Source: Synechococcus sp.
GTDB taxonomy: Bacteria > Cyanobacteriota > Cyanobacteriia > PCC-6307 > Cyanobiaceae
NCBI GenBank assembly: GCA_047285535.1
Contig: JBJBDC010000001.1
Location: 1,088,136 to 1,152,135 of the forward strand
Length of the DNA stretch: 64,000 bases
Direction of reading: 5' to 3'
Below, in pieces: positions 1 to 12,100 of this stretch. The notes below the pieces were generated by a model. It saw only the letters and a list, made by a program, of their open reading frames with translations. It did no database searches and was not told where the DNA came from. A program made the translations under genes and the position numbers. The stretch's first letter is position 1. The number at the start of each line of letters is the position of its first letter.

Positions 1-1
1 C

Positions 2-2011
2 AGCACACTGGAAAGCAACCTGGAGCAACGTCTCTTAGAAGCAGAAGCAACTCCGCTCAGCTGGGATGAGGTCATGACACCACTCCATCTGATGGGAGAA
101 CGATTGCGCTGGAGTTGGGGGGTAGTTGGCCATCTCAACGCCGTTTGCAACAGCACTGAGCTGAGAGAAGCTTATGCCTCTCAGCAACCCGACGTAGTTC
201 GCTTCAGCAATCGCGCAGGCCAGAGCCGAGTCATCCATGCGGCACTGGAACACCTTCAAAGGCACCCAAGTGAACCTCTTGATGCAACTCAGAGCAGGAT
301 TCTCGAAGCCGAGTTGTTGTCAATGCGAAATCGGGGAGTGGGCTTAATTGATTCTGAACAAGCCACTTTTAACAAAGCAAGCGAACAACTGGCCTCACTT
401 TCCACACAATTCAGCAACCATGTTCTCGACGCCACTCAGAGTTGGAGCCTTGTGGTCCGTGATGGTGAACAATTAAATGGCATTCCTGATCGAGCCTTAG
501 AGGCCTTGGCGACTGCCGCGAAGGAGGCAGGAGATCAAGGGGCTGATGGGAGGGAAGCAACTGCATCGGATGGACCCTGGCGTCTCGGTCTTGATATGCC
601 GCGATACTTACCTGTTCTGACCTACGCAGATAATCGCAGCCTGCGAGAAACTGTTTACAGAGCCCAGGTCAGTCGGGCCAGTGAAGGAGAACTCGACAAC
701 GCACCACTCATCGAGGAAATCCTTGACCTGCGAGGTCGTCAAGCTGCAGTGCTGGGTTATGCGTGCTGGGCTGATCTAAGCCTGGCTTCAAAAATGGCTG
801 AGAGCGTTTCTGCCGTTGAACAACTTCTGGAAGAGCTTCGCGCAGCAGCCCTACCCGTTGCTGAACGAGAGATTGATGAATTAAGAGACTGTGCTCGTAG
901 CCACAACGCAGCAGAAGCTGATGATTTCGCACCATGGGATGTGAGCTATTGGGCCGAAAAACTTCGGCAGCAGCGGTTCAACCTCAACCAGGAGGCTTTG
1001 CGTCCATGGTTTCCACTCCCTCAAGTACTGGACGGACTTTTCCATCTCTGCGAACGTCTTTTCTCAATCCAGATTCAGGCTGCTGATGGCGAAGCCCCGA
1101 TCTGGCATCAAGATGTGCGCTTTTTCCGTGTCAGCGATCAAACGGGACAACCACTCGCGGCGTTTTATCTCGATCCCTTCAGTCGACCCGCTAGCAAGAG
1201 AGGTGGAGCCTGGATGGATGAATGTCTTAATCGCTCTCGAAATTCAGAGGGAGAAGTCATCAATCCAGTGGCGTATCTGATTTGCAATCAGAGCCCGCCA
1301 GCTGGGGAGACTCCAAGTCTGATGAGTTTTGAGGAGGTAGAAACCCTGTTCCATGAATTTGGCCATGGCCTTCAACACATGCTGACAACGGTGGAACTCC
1401 CTCAAGCATCCGGAATCAACAATGTGGAATGGGATGCAGTGGAACTCCCTAGTCAGTTCATGGAGAACTGGTGCCTGGATCGGAAAACCCTGATGGGAAT
1501 GGCTCGCCACTGGAAGACAGGAGAACCGTTACCAGAAGAGGACTACAACAAACTGCGAAACAGCCGCACTTTCATGCAGGGATGCGCAACGCTCCGCCAA
1601 GTTCACTTCGCGTTGACCGATATTCGCCTTCACAGTTCTTGGACTCCAGAGCTTGGTGAAACTCCAGATGATTTCAGACGGAAGATCGCAGCCAACACAA
1701 CCGTGTTGCCACCCATCCCAGAGGATCGATTTCTTTGTGCTTTCGGCCATATTTTTGCTGGTGGCTACTCCGCTGGTTATTACTCCTACAAATGGGCCGA
1801 GGTGTTAAGTGCTGATGCTTTTGCTGCTTTCGAGGAAGTAGGACTTGATCAGGAAGAGAAGGTCCAAGCCACCGGTGAACGCTTTCGCAAGACGGTGCTG
1901 AGTCTGGGCGGAAGTCAGAGTCCAGCCGATGTGTACAAATCTTTTAGAGGACGAAATGCCAGCACAGAAGCGTTGATTCGCCATTCCGGATTGACGGCAG
2001 CCAGTCATTGA
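2..2011 (+). CDS. prlC: Oligopeptidase A (M3 family Zn peptidase), 5'-truncated by the window edge
   Basis: TLFHEFGHGLQH (HExxH), EWDAVELPSQFMENW and GYSAGYYSYKWAE motifs; the frame is open back to position 2. Confidence 0.93.
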   Translation, partial: STLESNLEQRLLEAEATPLSWDEVMTPLHLMGERLRWSWGVVGHLNAVCNSTELREAYASQQPDVVRFSNRAGQSRVIHAALEHLQRHPSEPLDATQSRILEAELLSMRNRGVGLIDSEQATFNKASEQLASLSTQFSNHVLDATQSWSLVVRDGEQLNGIPDRALEALATAAKEAGDQGADGREATASDGPWRLGLDMPRYLPVLTYADNRSLRETVYRAQVSRASEGELDNAPLIEEILDLRGRQAAVLGYACWADLSLASKMAESVSAVEQLLEELRAAALPVAEREIDELRDCARSHNAAEADDFAPWDVSYWAEKLRQQRFNLNQEALRPWFPLPQVLDGLFHLCERLFSIQIQAADGEAPIWHQDVRFFRVSDQTGQPLAAFYLDPFSRPASKRGGAWMDECLNRSRNSEGEVINPVAYLICNQSPPAGETPSLMSFEEVETLFHEFGHGLQHMLTTVELPQASGINNVEWDAVELPSQFMENWCLDRKTLMGMARHWKTGEPLPEEDYNKLRNSRTFMQGCATLRQVHFALTDIRLHSSWTPELGETPDDFRRKIAANTTVLPPIPEDRFLCAFGHIFAGGYSAGYYSYKWAEVLSADAFAAFEEVGLDQEEKVQATGERFRKTVLSLGGSQSPADVYKSFRGRNASTEALIRHSGLTAASH

Positions 2012-2021
2012 CCTTTCGGAC

Positions 2022-3488
2022 ATGGAGCATGATCTACTCGCTCTGAGTTCCAGCTGGGACAATTCCGAATCGCTGAGCACAATGTCGTTGCCTCTTCTCT
2101 CCCTGGCAGAGGCTCTTGAAAACAGCAGCCTGAAGAGAGGAATCAGCCGTAGAGACTTTCTTGCGGAACTCCTTAAAGACGTTCACCATCAACGGCTGCT
2201 TCCGCTTCTTGCCATGCTTCCTCGAGGCTGGCGTCAGTCTCCTGCTGCTCTACCAGAACAAGTACGAGGTCTTGGGAGCTTGCTTGAAAAGGGTCTGATG
2301 AGTCCCCTACTTTTAGCGGCATTCGCCGATGACTTGCAGCACTTACTCCCGCCTAGAAAAAACTTCTCCCCTTCAGCATTGAATCGCTGGTGCCAGCGCT
2401 ACATCCAAGACTCCAGCAACAAGCAATGGCCACTCCCTGATGACATGGAGAAGTTGCAATCCCAGGCATCTGAATCCCTTCTGCAACAACACGACACCAA
2501 TGAAAACCGTGTTCAATCAGGACTAGCTCAGCTGACATCGTTGGGTGGGCAGATCACCTGGAGCAATCGTGGGCTGTCCTACCTGCAGTCTGCAGAGGCG
2601 CGACAAAGGAATCAAACAATGGCGCAGGTATTGAACGCCTTAGGGAGCAATCTTCTCACTGGACAGAGGAACAACTTTGAGCCCTATCGATTCGAGGACC
2701 AGACCAATGGCAAAGATCTGATCAACTGGCTCAAAGCGCGAGGATGGGATTGTCAAGCCAGGGTGCGTGCCAGTGTGGCCAGCTTCGGACTAGGAGCCAG
2801 CACGCCCGCTGACGATCACAATCATTGGCGTCAAATACCTCTGGCGGTTCCCTATAGAACTGGCTTGCAAAACAAAAACGCAACAGAAATTGCAGCCTTA
2901 CTCCCTCACGCTTGCCTGGAGATGGAATTACAACCACCTGAGGGAGAAAGCGTGTTGCTGCAGTACTACCAAGGCACAGAGGGTTTGAATGGTTGGGCCG
3001 CAATGAATGACCTGAATCGTCCTTGGCAGAACGGACGAACCAACGGCACAGTTCAATACCCCCAAACACCATTTCGCGATCAACAGCTCGCGAATGCTCT
3101 CGATCTCTGCGAGCTCATGGGCGCTGTTCACAACAGCGAAGCCAGCATGGAAAATCTCCAACTTGGTGGATATGGAGCTATCGGTTTCTGCATTGACTCC
3201 ACGGCACTTCTTGAACAGGCCGTAACAGGCAGCACCAGCCTGTTTCCACTCACAATTGGAGGATTTTGGCGCGAACGACTGCGTTCACAATTGCATCGAT
3301 TACTCGAGCAAAAGATGCGTCCAAATAGTGAAGCTGTTGATCGCTACAAGCAGGCACTTGAGACTCTGCCTCAGGATCTCTATCACAATTCAGACAGCCG
3401 GCACGACGCGATGAGACGACTACTAGCCAGTCAACCCACAAACAGCCCTTTTCTCCTCATTCAACATCTTCATCAGGGAAGGAACTAA
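2022..3488 (+). CDS. Hypothetical protein (488 aa)
   Basis: Long ORF 10 bp downstream of prlC; no recognised motif. Confidence 0.8.
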   Translation: MEHDLLALSSSWDNSESLSTMSLPLLSLAEALENSSLKRGISRRDFLAELLKDVHHQRLLPLLAMLPRGWRQSPAALPEQVRGLGSLLEKGLMSPLLLAAFADDLQHLLPPRKNFSPSALNRWCQRYIQDSSNKQWPLPDDMEKLQSQASESLLQQHDTNENRVQSGLAQLTSLGGQITWSNRGLSYLQSAEARQRNQTMAQVLNALGSNLLTGQRNNFEPYRFEDQTNGKDLINWLKARGWDCQARVRASVASFGLGASTPADDHNHWRQIPLAVPYRTGLQNKNATEIAALLPHACLEMELQPPEGESVLLQYYQGTEGLNGWAAMNDLNRPWQNGRTNGTVQYPQTPFRDQQLANALDLCELMGAVHNSEASMENLQLGGYGAIGFCIDSTALLEQAVTGSTSLFPLTIGGFWRERLRSQLHRLLEQKMRPNSEAVDRYKQALETLPQDLYHNSDSRHDAMRRLLASQPTNSPFLLIQHLHQGRN

Positions 3489-4572
3489 TCACACTACGTT
3501 CCAGTTCACGACAAATTGCCGCAACTACTTTCTGACGGAAGGCCTGACTAAAGGGACCCGATGAACCGTTATGACTCATGCACTCGATTGGGTAACGATG
3601 CAAAGAATGAGTACGCTGCCAACGATTCCAATTCGTCAGAGGCAACAAGCTCAAGCGCCCTGGGTAAGCAAGACGTCCGAAAGCTGCAACCGGGTCCTTG
3701 CTTCCAATCACCATCGCTACATCGTTGATACTTTCAAGTGCACCATTACCACTAAAAACCCCACAAACCGTGATCACCTGAACAGGAATGCTGCAGAGTT
3801 TCTGCAACATTTCAGCGGTGCCAATAGCCATTTCAGCTCCTCCACTATAACCAACCAGAACAACACGAGATGCATGGGCAGGGTGAAAATGCAATTGCTC
3901 CAATCGCCTTGCAATTTTCAAAGCCAACTCGTAATTCATCACGGGTCCATAACGTCTATCGGAAGAAATACCCACCTTAATCACATTATTTGCCTGAACG
4001 CAAAACGCACAAAGGAAACGAACAAAACCATTTGGATGATGCTCTTGAAGAGCAAACAACCACTGCCAGAACCATCGGGAGTATGAGGCAGATCGAAGCC
4101 CTACATCAGTAATAGTGTAGGCTTCAATCCCCTTCACCAACAAGGAGTCTTTATCAATTTCAGACTCCAAACAATTCAAAAATTCTTGAACCCTAGGCGG
4201 ATGACTCTCTTCACTTTGATGGATACCATCTAAATAGACCAAAAAATGGCGATGTGTTGACTGTTTTTGCTCATTCTCAACGAACAAACCGCTTGCATCA
4301 GGAAAGCTTTGCATCCACCCTTCCCAGAAGACGAAATCAACCATGACCGAATAGACACCAACCAGAGCAAGCACAACAACCAGCACAGCTCCTGACCAGC
4401 TGAGAAGCTCTAAAAGCGAACCAGATTGCATCAGCGAAGCAGCATCTCGTCGAACCACACCGGCACCAATCAACATCAGAATGCCCACGACAATCAAGGC
4501 CCCAATCAAGACCCTTGCGCCTAGGCGAATGCCGTGCCTATGACTCCGAATAACAGCATTACTTTTGGTCAT
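3457..4572 (-). CDS. Membrane-anchored alpha/beta-hydrolase-like protein
   Basis: Two N-terminal hydrophobic helices, VYLDGI, GYSGG nucleophile elbow, SKDPV and SHNG candidate Asp/His. Confidence 0.7.
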   Translation of the reverse strand: MTKSNAVIRSHRHGIRLGARVLIGALIVVGILMLIGAGVVRRDAASLMQSGSLLELLSWSGAVLVVVLALVGVYSVMVDFVFWEGWMQSFPDASGLFVENEQKQSTHRHFLVYLDGIHQSEESHPPRVQEFLNCLESEIDKDSLLVKGIEAYTITDVGLRSASYSRWFWQWLFALQEHHPNGFVRFLCAFCVQANNVIKVGISSDRRYGPVMNYELALKIARRLEQLHFHPAHASRVVLVGYSGGAEMAIGTAEMLQKLCSIPVQVITVCGVFSGNGALESINDVAMVIGSKDPVAAFGRLAYPGRLSLLPLTNWNRWQRTHSLHRYPIECMSHNGSSGPFSQAFRQKVVAAICRELERSVISSFPDEDVE

Positions 4573-5120
4573 CGTTGTATTTGAAGAGCAACTTCTTTAG
4601 CCAAAGTGTCATAACTCGAACGCCAACGCTGAGCGAATAATGCACCCACAAGTAGCAGAGCAATCACGTATCCAGGAAGACAAATTACAAAAGCATGCAG
4701 CAAAGGTATTCCATACATCGCATTCACCAAAAGCATCATATTGAGGTGAATAGAAGCTAAAAGAGCAACGGCAATGAGATCACTGACATAAGGGGCCGCA
4801 ACCAGCACATAAAAAAGGCCAGGCCATAGTGCTATAGCCATACGATTTCCAAAACTAATTGGGTGCAACGGAATTCCTTCCAACACAGCCAGCATCAGGC
4901 AATGACAAATAAGGCAAAGCAAAAGAGCCAAACTGAGCACCAAAGCATCCACCATCATGTGAAAGAAGATTTGCCTTGGAGTAAGTCGATTTGCAAGGAG
5001 AGAAAACAAATGAGAAGCAGACATGGACAAGCCGACTGCAACAAGCAGTCCTACGCCCGTATCAAGGGCCAAAAGGACCTGGCCCATTGAAACAAGCGAC
5101 TCAGTGAGTTGCTGAAGCAT
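4569..5120 (-). CDS. Hypothetical integral membrane protein
   Basis: About 5 hydrophobic segments; ATGA overlap with the downstream hydrolase gene. Confidence 0.75.
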   Translation of the reverse strand: MLQQLTESLVSMGQVLLALDTGVGLLVAVGLSMSASHLFSLLANRLTPRQIFFHMMVDALVLSLALLLCLICHCLMLAVLEGIPLHPISFGNRMAIALWPGLFYVLVAAPYVSDLIAVALLASIHLNMMLLVNAMYGIPLLHAFVICLPGYVIALLLVGALFAQRWRSSYDTLAKEVALQIQR

Positions 5121-5124
5121 CAGC

Positions 5125-5820
5125 TCAAGAGCCCTGAAGCTGAGGACGATTAACTATCCACAAAACCATGATCGAAAGAATGGCACAGTAAAAGCACCAA
5201 ACAGAATTAAATGTGGCGCTATAGGTCAACCAAGTAAGAAAGATCGAGGCAAAAATCAACACCCCAAACAACTTAACAGCCCGATCGCTAATAGCAACCA
5301 AGGGCAAAACAATAAATCCCCAGTAAACAAGCTCGCCAACAGGCTCAGTGTTCACAAAGTTATGAAAAATACTATTCAGGTTAGAGACGTCATACATCAA
5401 CCGTCCATTGCTAAATACAGAAGGCTGAAGTGCTGGTGGGTTCAATAAAAGAGGTGTGTAGAAAAAGATACCTAAGACCGTAGCGACAATCGCCACCCAT
5501 TTTAAACGCCGTTGAAGCCCTATTGAATCCGTTGTTCTACTAATGGACCAGGCGCTCCACGGAATCCAAATCATCCAAAAACAATAGGCAAAAAATAGAA
5601 ATCCGAGCCCAGCAATCGATGTCAAAGGTTCAATCTTTCCACTGACGATTCCAGTCCATTCCAACCCTTCAATAAACTGCTGAAGACCAAAAAAGAAAGG
5701 AACCAGTGCTAACGGTTGATAGCCAGGCCGTTCAGCCTTGGCAGCGAGATGATGGGAATACAGCCCTAAGGGCATAAGGACCGCGGATGCAGTGAAACTC
5801 GCAGATGCCGAGAAGCACAT
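5125..5820 (-). CDS. DUF6629-like multi-pass membrane protein
   Basis: N-terminal MCFSASASF, FFGLQQFIEG and C-terminal SVWCFYCA pattern. Confidence 0.7.
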   Translation of the reverse strand: MCFSASASFTASAVLMPLGLYSHHLAAKAERPGYQPLALVPFFFGLQQFIEGLEWTGIVSGKIEPLTSIAGLGFLFFAYCFWMIWIPWSAWSISRTTDSIGLQRRLKWVAIVATVLGIFFYTPLLLNPPALQPSVFSNGRLMYDVSNLNSIFHNFVNTEPVGELVYWGFIVLPLVAISDRAVKLFGVLIFASIFLTWLTYSATFNSVWCFYCAILSIMVLWIVNRPQLQGS

Positions 5821-5878
5821 GAGCTCAGATCAAAATTAACTAACAATCAAGCTTGACCACTCAAGCCATTATTGTCAG

Positions 5879-6484
5879 TCAATCAATACGAAGCGATTCA
5901 ATCAAGAGATCGAGCGATCTTGGGTGTGACATCAATTGCTGATGAGTGATTACTGGCACCTCCATTGCCTTCCCAATTGGAAGCACAGCTTGCCATCCAG
6001 GAAACACCATTAGATCCCACCGGCAGAAGAAGCTGATGCAATCCACACTCTCCAAAGCAGCACAATCCAGATTTAAGGAGCGCAGCAATGAACTACCGCG
6101 CTTCATATCTGCCAAACCAGCAAATAAACAACCAGGAATGCATTGTGCTGTCAATGTTCCCCGCTGAGGACTCCCGACACTGATAAAGCGTTGTGTTCGT
6201 TTGGCTCCACCGAACTCTTGGAGCCAAATCCGAGCAATAACCCCACCCATCGAAAAACCAAGCAAGTCGATTGGCCTCTCCACTCCCCACTGTTCTTGAA
6301 TCTGCTGATCAAGCTGTTTAGCGAGCGTGCGCAGGGGCGTCGCTCCGAAGCGGTGGGGCAGATGAGGTGACAACAAGGGGCGAGGCTGCACTTCAAGGCG
6401 ACGCTCCAGGCGTGAAAACAATCGAGGGGTATCGAGAAGGCCATGAACCAAAACGAGTGGTCGTAAGGCATCTTGAGATTTCAT
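5879..6484 (-). CDS. Lipase/esterase, alpha/beta fold
   Basis: LVHGL, GFSMGG, GSPQRGT; ATG at 6484 overlaps the folB stop (TGATG). Confidence 0.88.
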   Translation of the reverse strand: MKSQDALRPLVLVHGLLDTPRLFSRLERRLEVQPRPLLSPHLPHRFGATPLRTLAKQLDQQIQEQWGVERPIDLLGFSMGGVIARIWLQEFGGAKRTQRFISVGSPQRGTLTAQCIPGCLFAGLADMKRGSSLLRSLNLDCAALESVDCISFFCRWDLMVFPGWQAVLPIGKAMEVPVITHQQLMSHPRSLDLLIESLRID

Positions 6485-6858
6485 CAAGAGCTTGACTGAG
6501 GTGGCCAATGGCGCCAGCGTTCAATCGCAACCGCACCGGTAAAGCCAGGGATGGGTGGATTGCACTTCTGCAAGATGAGATGAATCGGCAACGGACCGTA
6601 TAGACGATCTAGCTCCTCAAAGACCTCCTCGCTGAAACGCTCAATGGTGGAGCAACGCAGTCCTCTCACCATCTGCTGAAGCGCCCTGACTGCCTGGCTG
6701 TAATCAGCAGTAGCCCTGAGATTGTCAGCCTTGGCTGCTTCACTGAGATCCAAGCCCAGTTTGATGTCTAGTCGAAACCATTGGCCATCTCTTCGTTCAT
6801 GGTCGAGAACACCAACATGAGCCCAGAGGCGCAGATCTTGAATGTGAATCCAATCCAA
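6484..6858 (-). CDS. folB: Dihydroneopterin aldolase
   Basis: HVGVLDHERRDGQWF, ADYS, TIE, K-x-NPP motifs; 124 aa. Confidence 0.9.
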   Translation of the reverse strand: MDWIHIQDLRLWAHVGVLDHERRDGQWFRLDIKLGLDLSEAAKADNLRATADYSQAVRALQQMVRGLRCSTIERFSEEVFEELDRLYGPLPIHLILQKCNPPIPGFTGAVAIERWRHWPPQSSS

Positions 6859-6863
6859 AGGAG

Positions 6864-8186
6864 TCAGTTCAGTCCCAAAGGAAGGTCGCGATGGCTGAAC
6901 TGCTCTCGCCCCTCAGCAAAATCAGCAGCGATATGCCCCTCACCGCGCAATCGATAGCGATAGGTCACCAAGCCCTCCAGCCCCACAGGTCCACGTGGCG
7001 GCAAGGTCTGGGTACTAATCCCAACTTCTGCGCCAAAGCCATAACGGAAACCATCAGCAAAACGCGTTGAGCAGTTGTGATAGACACCGGCGCTATCTAC
7101 TGCTCTCAAGAATCGTTCAGCGGTTCCCAGATTGGTAGTGGCAATCGCCTCGGTATGACGAGAGCCATAGCGCCTGATGTGTTCGAGTGCTTCGTCGAGA
7201 TCCTTGACCACTCGCACAGAAAGCACCAAATTTAAGTACTCCTGGCTCCAATCCGCAGCAGTGGCTGCCGCTTGAACACCCAAGGCTCTACTCGCTTCAT
7301 CGCCGCGCAAAAGCACACCAGCATCTTTAAACGCAGGAATGGCCTCCTGAAGAAATCTCTGCGCAACCTCCCGATGAACCAATAGCGTCTCGATCGCATT
7401 GCAAGCTGCGGGATACTGAGTCTTGCTGTCGATGGCGATGCGCAAAGCCTGCCCAAAGTCGACCTCTGCATCCACATACAGATGGCACACACCATCGGCA
7501 TGCCCGAGAACAGGTATCCGGGTGTTGTCCTGGATGAAACGCACAAGCTCATTGCTCCCGCGAGGAATAATCAGATCTACAAGACCATCAAGACGAAGAA
7601 GAGCCAAGCTGTCCTGACGGGTAGTCAGCAAGTCCAACGCATCGTCTGAGACAGTCGTGCGAGCCAAACCCTCTTTCAAGGACTGCATCACTGCGTGATT
7701 GGTGTGTTTGGCTTCGCTGCCACCCTTCAGGATGGCGCCATTACCAGAGCGAATCGCCAGCGCAGCGATTTGAATCACAGCATCAGGCCTGGCCTCGAAG
7801 ATCACACCCAAAACTCCAAGAGGAACGGTGACCCGCTCCAACACCAACCCATCGGCAAGCTCACGATGCAATTGTCTTGCCCCAAGAGGGTCATCCAGTT
7901 CAGACAACTGACGGACCCCATCAATGGCTCCGGTGAGTTTGCTCAAATCCAATTTCAGACGAGCAACCAATGCTGGGGACAAACCATCGGCAGAGGCCTG
8001 AGCGAGATCTTCCAAATTCGCTGCAACGATACGATCCGCATGAGACTCAAGAGCCGATGCCATCTCCGACAGCGCCTGTTGTCGCCTTGGATTGGAACTC
8101 TGTCCCAACTCACCAGCAGCATGTCGCACTGCCGTAGCCAGACGCAAAAGATCAGCTGATGGTTCAGGCACACCCTCACTGGTCAT
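6864..8186 (-). CDS. proA: Gamma-glutamyl phosphate reductase
   Basis: [43 protein letters not shown]; start placed at the MTSEG ATG. Confidence 0.95.
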   Translation of the reverse strand: MTSEGVPEPSADLLRLATAVRHAAGELGQSSNPRRQQALSEMASALESHADRIVAANLEDLAQASADGLSPALVARLKLDLSKLTGAIDGVRQLSELDDPLGARQLHRELADGLVLERVTVPLGVLGVIFEARPDAVIQIAALAIRSGNGAILKGGSEAKHTNHAVMQSLKEGLARTTVSDDALDLLTTRQDSLALLRLDGLVDLIIPRGSNELVRFIQDNTRIPVLGHADGVCHLYVDAEVDFGQALRIAIDSKTQYPAACNAIETLLVHREVAQRFLQEAIPAFKDAGVLLRGDEASRALGVQAAATAADWSQEYLNLVLSVRVVKDLDEALEHIRRYGSRHTEAIATTNLGTAERFLRAVDSAGVYHNCSTRFADGFRYGFGAEVGISTQTLPPRGPVGLEGLVTYRYRLRGEGHIAADFAEGREQFSHRDLPLGLN

Positions 8187-8226
8187 TGTTGTGTCCTTGT
8201 TCTTTGGTTCATCATCACGGTTCACG

Positions 8227-9117
8227 TCACAGCAATCGATCAATTGCTAAGCGCGCAGCCCCCAGTCGGCCTGCTCCATTGCCAAGCGCACAGGCTTCAA
8301 TCCTTAAGCCTTCACGACTTACAGCCTGGACTCGACGCTCAACTTCTTGGCGCACAGATGGAAGGAAATGGAATGCAGCTCCCGCAATTCCACCTCCCAG
8401 TAAAACCAATTCTGGCGTGAACAAATACACCAGAGAGCTGATGCCTACACCAAGAGTGGACCCGTAATGGGACCACACTTCTTGGGCTGTCAAATCCCCA
8501 TTGGAAGCCAATGTTGCCAACTCGGCTGGATCTCCGTCCCAAAGTCTCCTCAAGGCTGAAATACTCGTGAATTGCTCGAGGCTGCCTCGATTGCCGCTAT
8601 TGCAAGCAGGCCCGTTGGGATCGAAGCCAATGAGCCCAGGTTCTGCCGCGGCCCCGTTGTGTCCCGTGAAGAGAGCACCATCAAGCATCACTCCACCACC
8701 AACGCCTGTTCCAAGGGTGAGCAACACCACATCACGACAACCCTGTGCGGCTCCTTTCCATGCTTCTCCCACCAGAGCGCAATTCCCATCATTGGCCAGG
8801 GTCACTCGACGCTGAAGACGAGACTCGAGCCAATCAGCAAGGGGCACCTCCTCCCAGCCGGGAAGGTTGATGCAAACCCTGGCCACACGAGCTTGCAAAT
8901 CCATCGGGCCAGGAAGGCCAATCCCAACAACTGACGCGCGACGATCTGGATCTAGCACTTCAATGGCCTCAACCAATGCAATACAGACAGCGCCTGGCAT
9001 GGCCGGCTGAGGAGTCGCTATCTCCTGTTTAGACAGAAGACTGCCATCCAATGCAAACCGACCAATTTTGATCGCAGTTCCACCTAAATCAACTCCAATC
9101 ACCTCAGTGGAACTCAT
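8227..9117 (-). CDS. ROK family sugar kinase (glucokinase-like)
   Basis: [33 protein letters not shown]. Confidence 0.9.
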   Translation of the reverse strand: MSSTEVIGVDLGGTAIKIGRFALDGSLLSKQEIATPQPAMPGAVCIALVEAIEVLDPDRRASVVGIGLPGPMDLQARVARVCINLPGWEEVPLADWLESRLQRRVTLANDGNCALVGEAWKGAAQGCRDVVLLTLGTGVGGGVMLDGALFTGHNGAAAEPGLIGFDPNGPACNSGNRGSLEQFTSISALRRLWDGDPAELATLASNGDLTAQEVWSHYGSTLGVGISSLVYLFTPELVLLGGGIAGAAFHFLPSVRQEVERRVQAVSREGLRIEACALGNGAGRLGAARLAIDRLL

Positions 9118-9120
9118 GGC

Positions 9121-12100
9121 TTAGAACCGGAAGAAAACCTGCAGCTGACTTTGCCAAGTGCCCTGAGAATCAACAGATCCTGAGATACTCAGATTTGGAT
9201 CTATTTGATAAGTAAGGCTTCCCTGAGGAGGAATATCATCTCGACTAGGTGCAGCCAAAACAGAGAAATTAATCCGATCCGAAATGTCCACGCCGAGATC
9301 AGTAACGATTGCCAGTTGTGGTGGAACACGACCAGATACTCGCTCACCTTCATTACTCACACCAGGTGTCACGTAAGTGGGATAAAGTGCAAACTGAAGA
9401 CGTTGACTGAGGGCATCGGTAAACGTTCCGAGGATCGGAGACAGTAAGGATTGACCGACCACTGCTGCAAGTGCCGTGCCAGCACCTGCTCCTGTTAACC
9501 CAGACAAAGAGTTACCTCCGATCAAACCAAGAAGCTGGGCCTGTGACATAGGAGGCGAACTGCGCAGCAAAATATTGTCAGCGAGACGATTAGCAGGTCC
9601 CTCGGCCTGAAGCATCACTTTCACCAGACGCAATTGCCCTCCAGCTCCAAGGGTGCCTGTGCCATTGGTGTCAAAAACTGAAGTTGAAGAAGTATTGCTC
9701 CCGATTCCAATATTGACGCTGTCAGAAACCCTGGTCTCCATTGCGACATCAACATATGGGATCAAACCGAGCGAAGGCGTAAAGACTGCAACATTCGGAG
9801 CTCTTCGATCCAAATTAAAGGTAGTGGTAAACATCGACACACGACCTGTGAGCAACTGAATCACACCCCTTAATCGAATATTTTTGTCCAGAGGTCCATT
9901 CACAGTGATTAATCCGGCCGTAGTGAAATTGGCTACAGGTTGCACTTGAACTTTTAAGTCAGGTCCAAACTGCAGACGCAAGTTGTTAAATCCAATAAAA
10001 GGTAAATCAGGGAGAGAGGCCTTAAGCGACCGGCTTGGATCGCCTTCTATCTCTGGACCAAGCAAAACCAGAGGTTTTTGAAAATCCCAATTCTCCTCAA
10101 GCAAAGCATTGGTAGTGACCGCTGTGTTGGGAGCTATGGCTTTCACAGTCGAAACGCTTTTCTCGTCATCGTTCACTGCTTTTGAAAGCATGATCTTTCT
10201 AGGTGTAATTGTCCCTTCACTCAGCTGAAGACCCCCCTGAATATCAGGACGGACAAGTGCTCCACTCACACGAAGATCAGCAGCCAGAGCCACATCAGCG
10301 ATAGGTAATTTGATCCGTGACTTCTCAATGGTGATCGTCAATGGAGATTTTTCAGTGGCAGGATTGAACAGCGACAGAGCACCGCTGGCGTTGAGTGTTC
10401 CAGACGAACCAATTTGCCCCTTGAGTTCCTGCACCTCAAGATGATCAAAATCAAAGAAGACAGAACTATTAACATTGCGAATATTCTGTTGCTGAACAAC
10501 AAATTCTCCTTCGTTGATCTTGAAGAAGCCATGGGCTTCAGGTGCTAAGAGGCTGCCTCCAATCAAAAGAATTAGATCAGTACTCCCTTTGCTCCACTGA
10601 ATTGCATCTCCAGAAAATCCTGCCAAAAAGCGCAGTCCATCGCCCTGACTCTCAACCCTTACATCCATTGAGCGATCAGGGGTGATTGGGACCTGTCCAA
10701 TCAAAGTCAGAGGCTCTTCAGCCCCTTCAGCCCGCAAGGCCAAATCAAGCTGCAAGTTGTTATTAACAAACCGCACCTGACCGCGATCAAGAACAATCGG
10801 CTCCTGGCCAACACGTGCCTCCTCCAATACAAGCTCAGTAGTTAGCTGCGGAGCGCCCTTATCAAACTGATAGCTGCCCTTCAGACCGAGAGCCCCTTGC
10901 AAGGCGGAGGGAACTGGTGCAACCAGAGCCAAGAGACTGAAAGGTAAATGGGCGAGAGAAAAATGTCCTTCACCGCCCTGAAGAGGGCCCTTGAGCTCAG
11001 CGATGAACGGTTTCACCTGCAGAGCGATGTCTTCATCCTGACCATCAATCCACAGATGTCCACGTGCTTTCAGATCAACATCCAGGCGGGTCAAATTTGG
11101 CCCCTGAAGATCAATGACAGCATCCACTTGTCCACGCAGATCTTCAGGATGAAACGCTTCCTTCTCTCTCCTGTCTCGGCGTGCCTCATTGATCGCCAAT
11201 TGAGCGTCTCTTAAAGCCCGGAGCTGCCCATCCAAAGAGCCCCCAAACGTGTTCACCAGCAAGGTGCCTAAATCAGTTGCATCACCTTTAGAGGCAGGAA
11301 GCTGCTCAGCCAGCTGAGGAAGACTAAGGGCACTATTGGTAAGCCACCGTGCGCTGAGCCCGCGGGCCTGAAGCTCAGCATCAACCTCAGCGTTAAGTCG
11401 CCCATCCGCTTGAAACGTGATCTGTCCAGTGTCAGGCGGCAACATTTCACCGCTGATTCCATAGCGATCGTTCTTGTACTGGGCAGTCATCAAAACCTGC
11501 CGCAGCTGAATCCCCATCAATCCAGGTTGAGAGAGCGCAAGATCGGCCTTCATGCTCCAGGGCTGCAAACTCAAAGAACCAGAACCACTCAGACGGCCAT
11601 AAACACCCTCCCATCGCTGTTTCGGTGGTAACTCCAACTCCAAACCATCCACGCTCAGATCGTTCGCAGTCCAGCGGTAGAGAGCAGGAGTCCCACTGAT
11701 CTGAAGCTGTCCATTTCTGCGCTGCAGGCGCAAGGTTTGCGGTAACCAATTAGCTCCGAGCAGGGCATCAAACGAGCCTGGGATCACCGCACCAACAGAT
11801 GCCATCCGCAGCTGACCACCACCACCAGGTCGCCCCTCAAAACGACCCTTCCAGTTTTCAACCAGGCGAATGGCACCCGCCCGGGGGCTATTGACCTCGA
11901 TCTGCAGATCAGGCTGGAGCGATTGAAGAGGGCCACTGATCTTTCCTTTGGCAGCGATCGAGCCGTCCATCACCGTTCCCAAAAGGGAACCAACCCTGCT
12001 GAGTGGATACCCCTCCAGTCGCAGATTGGATTTCAACTCCCCTACCCGAATCCCACCCTTGCCAACTTGAAGAGGCAAGGCAGCCTCTGCATTGAGCTGC

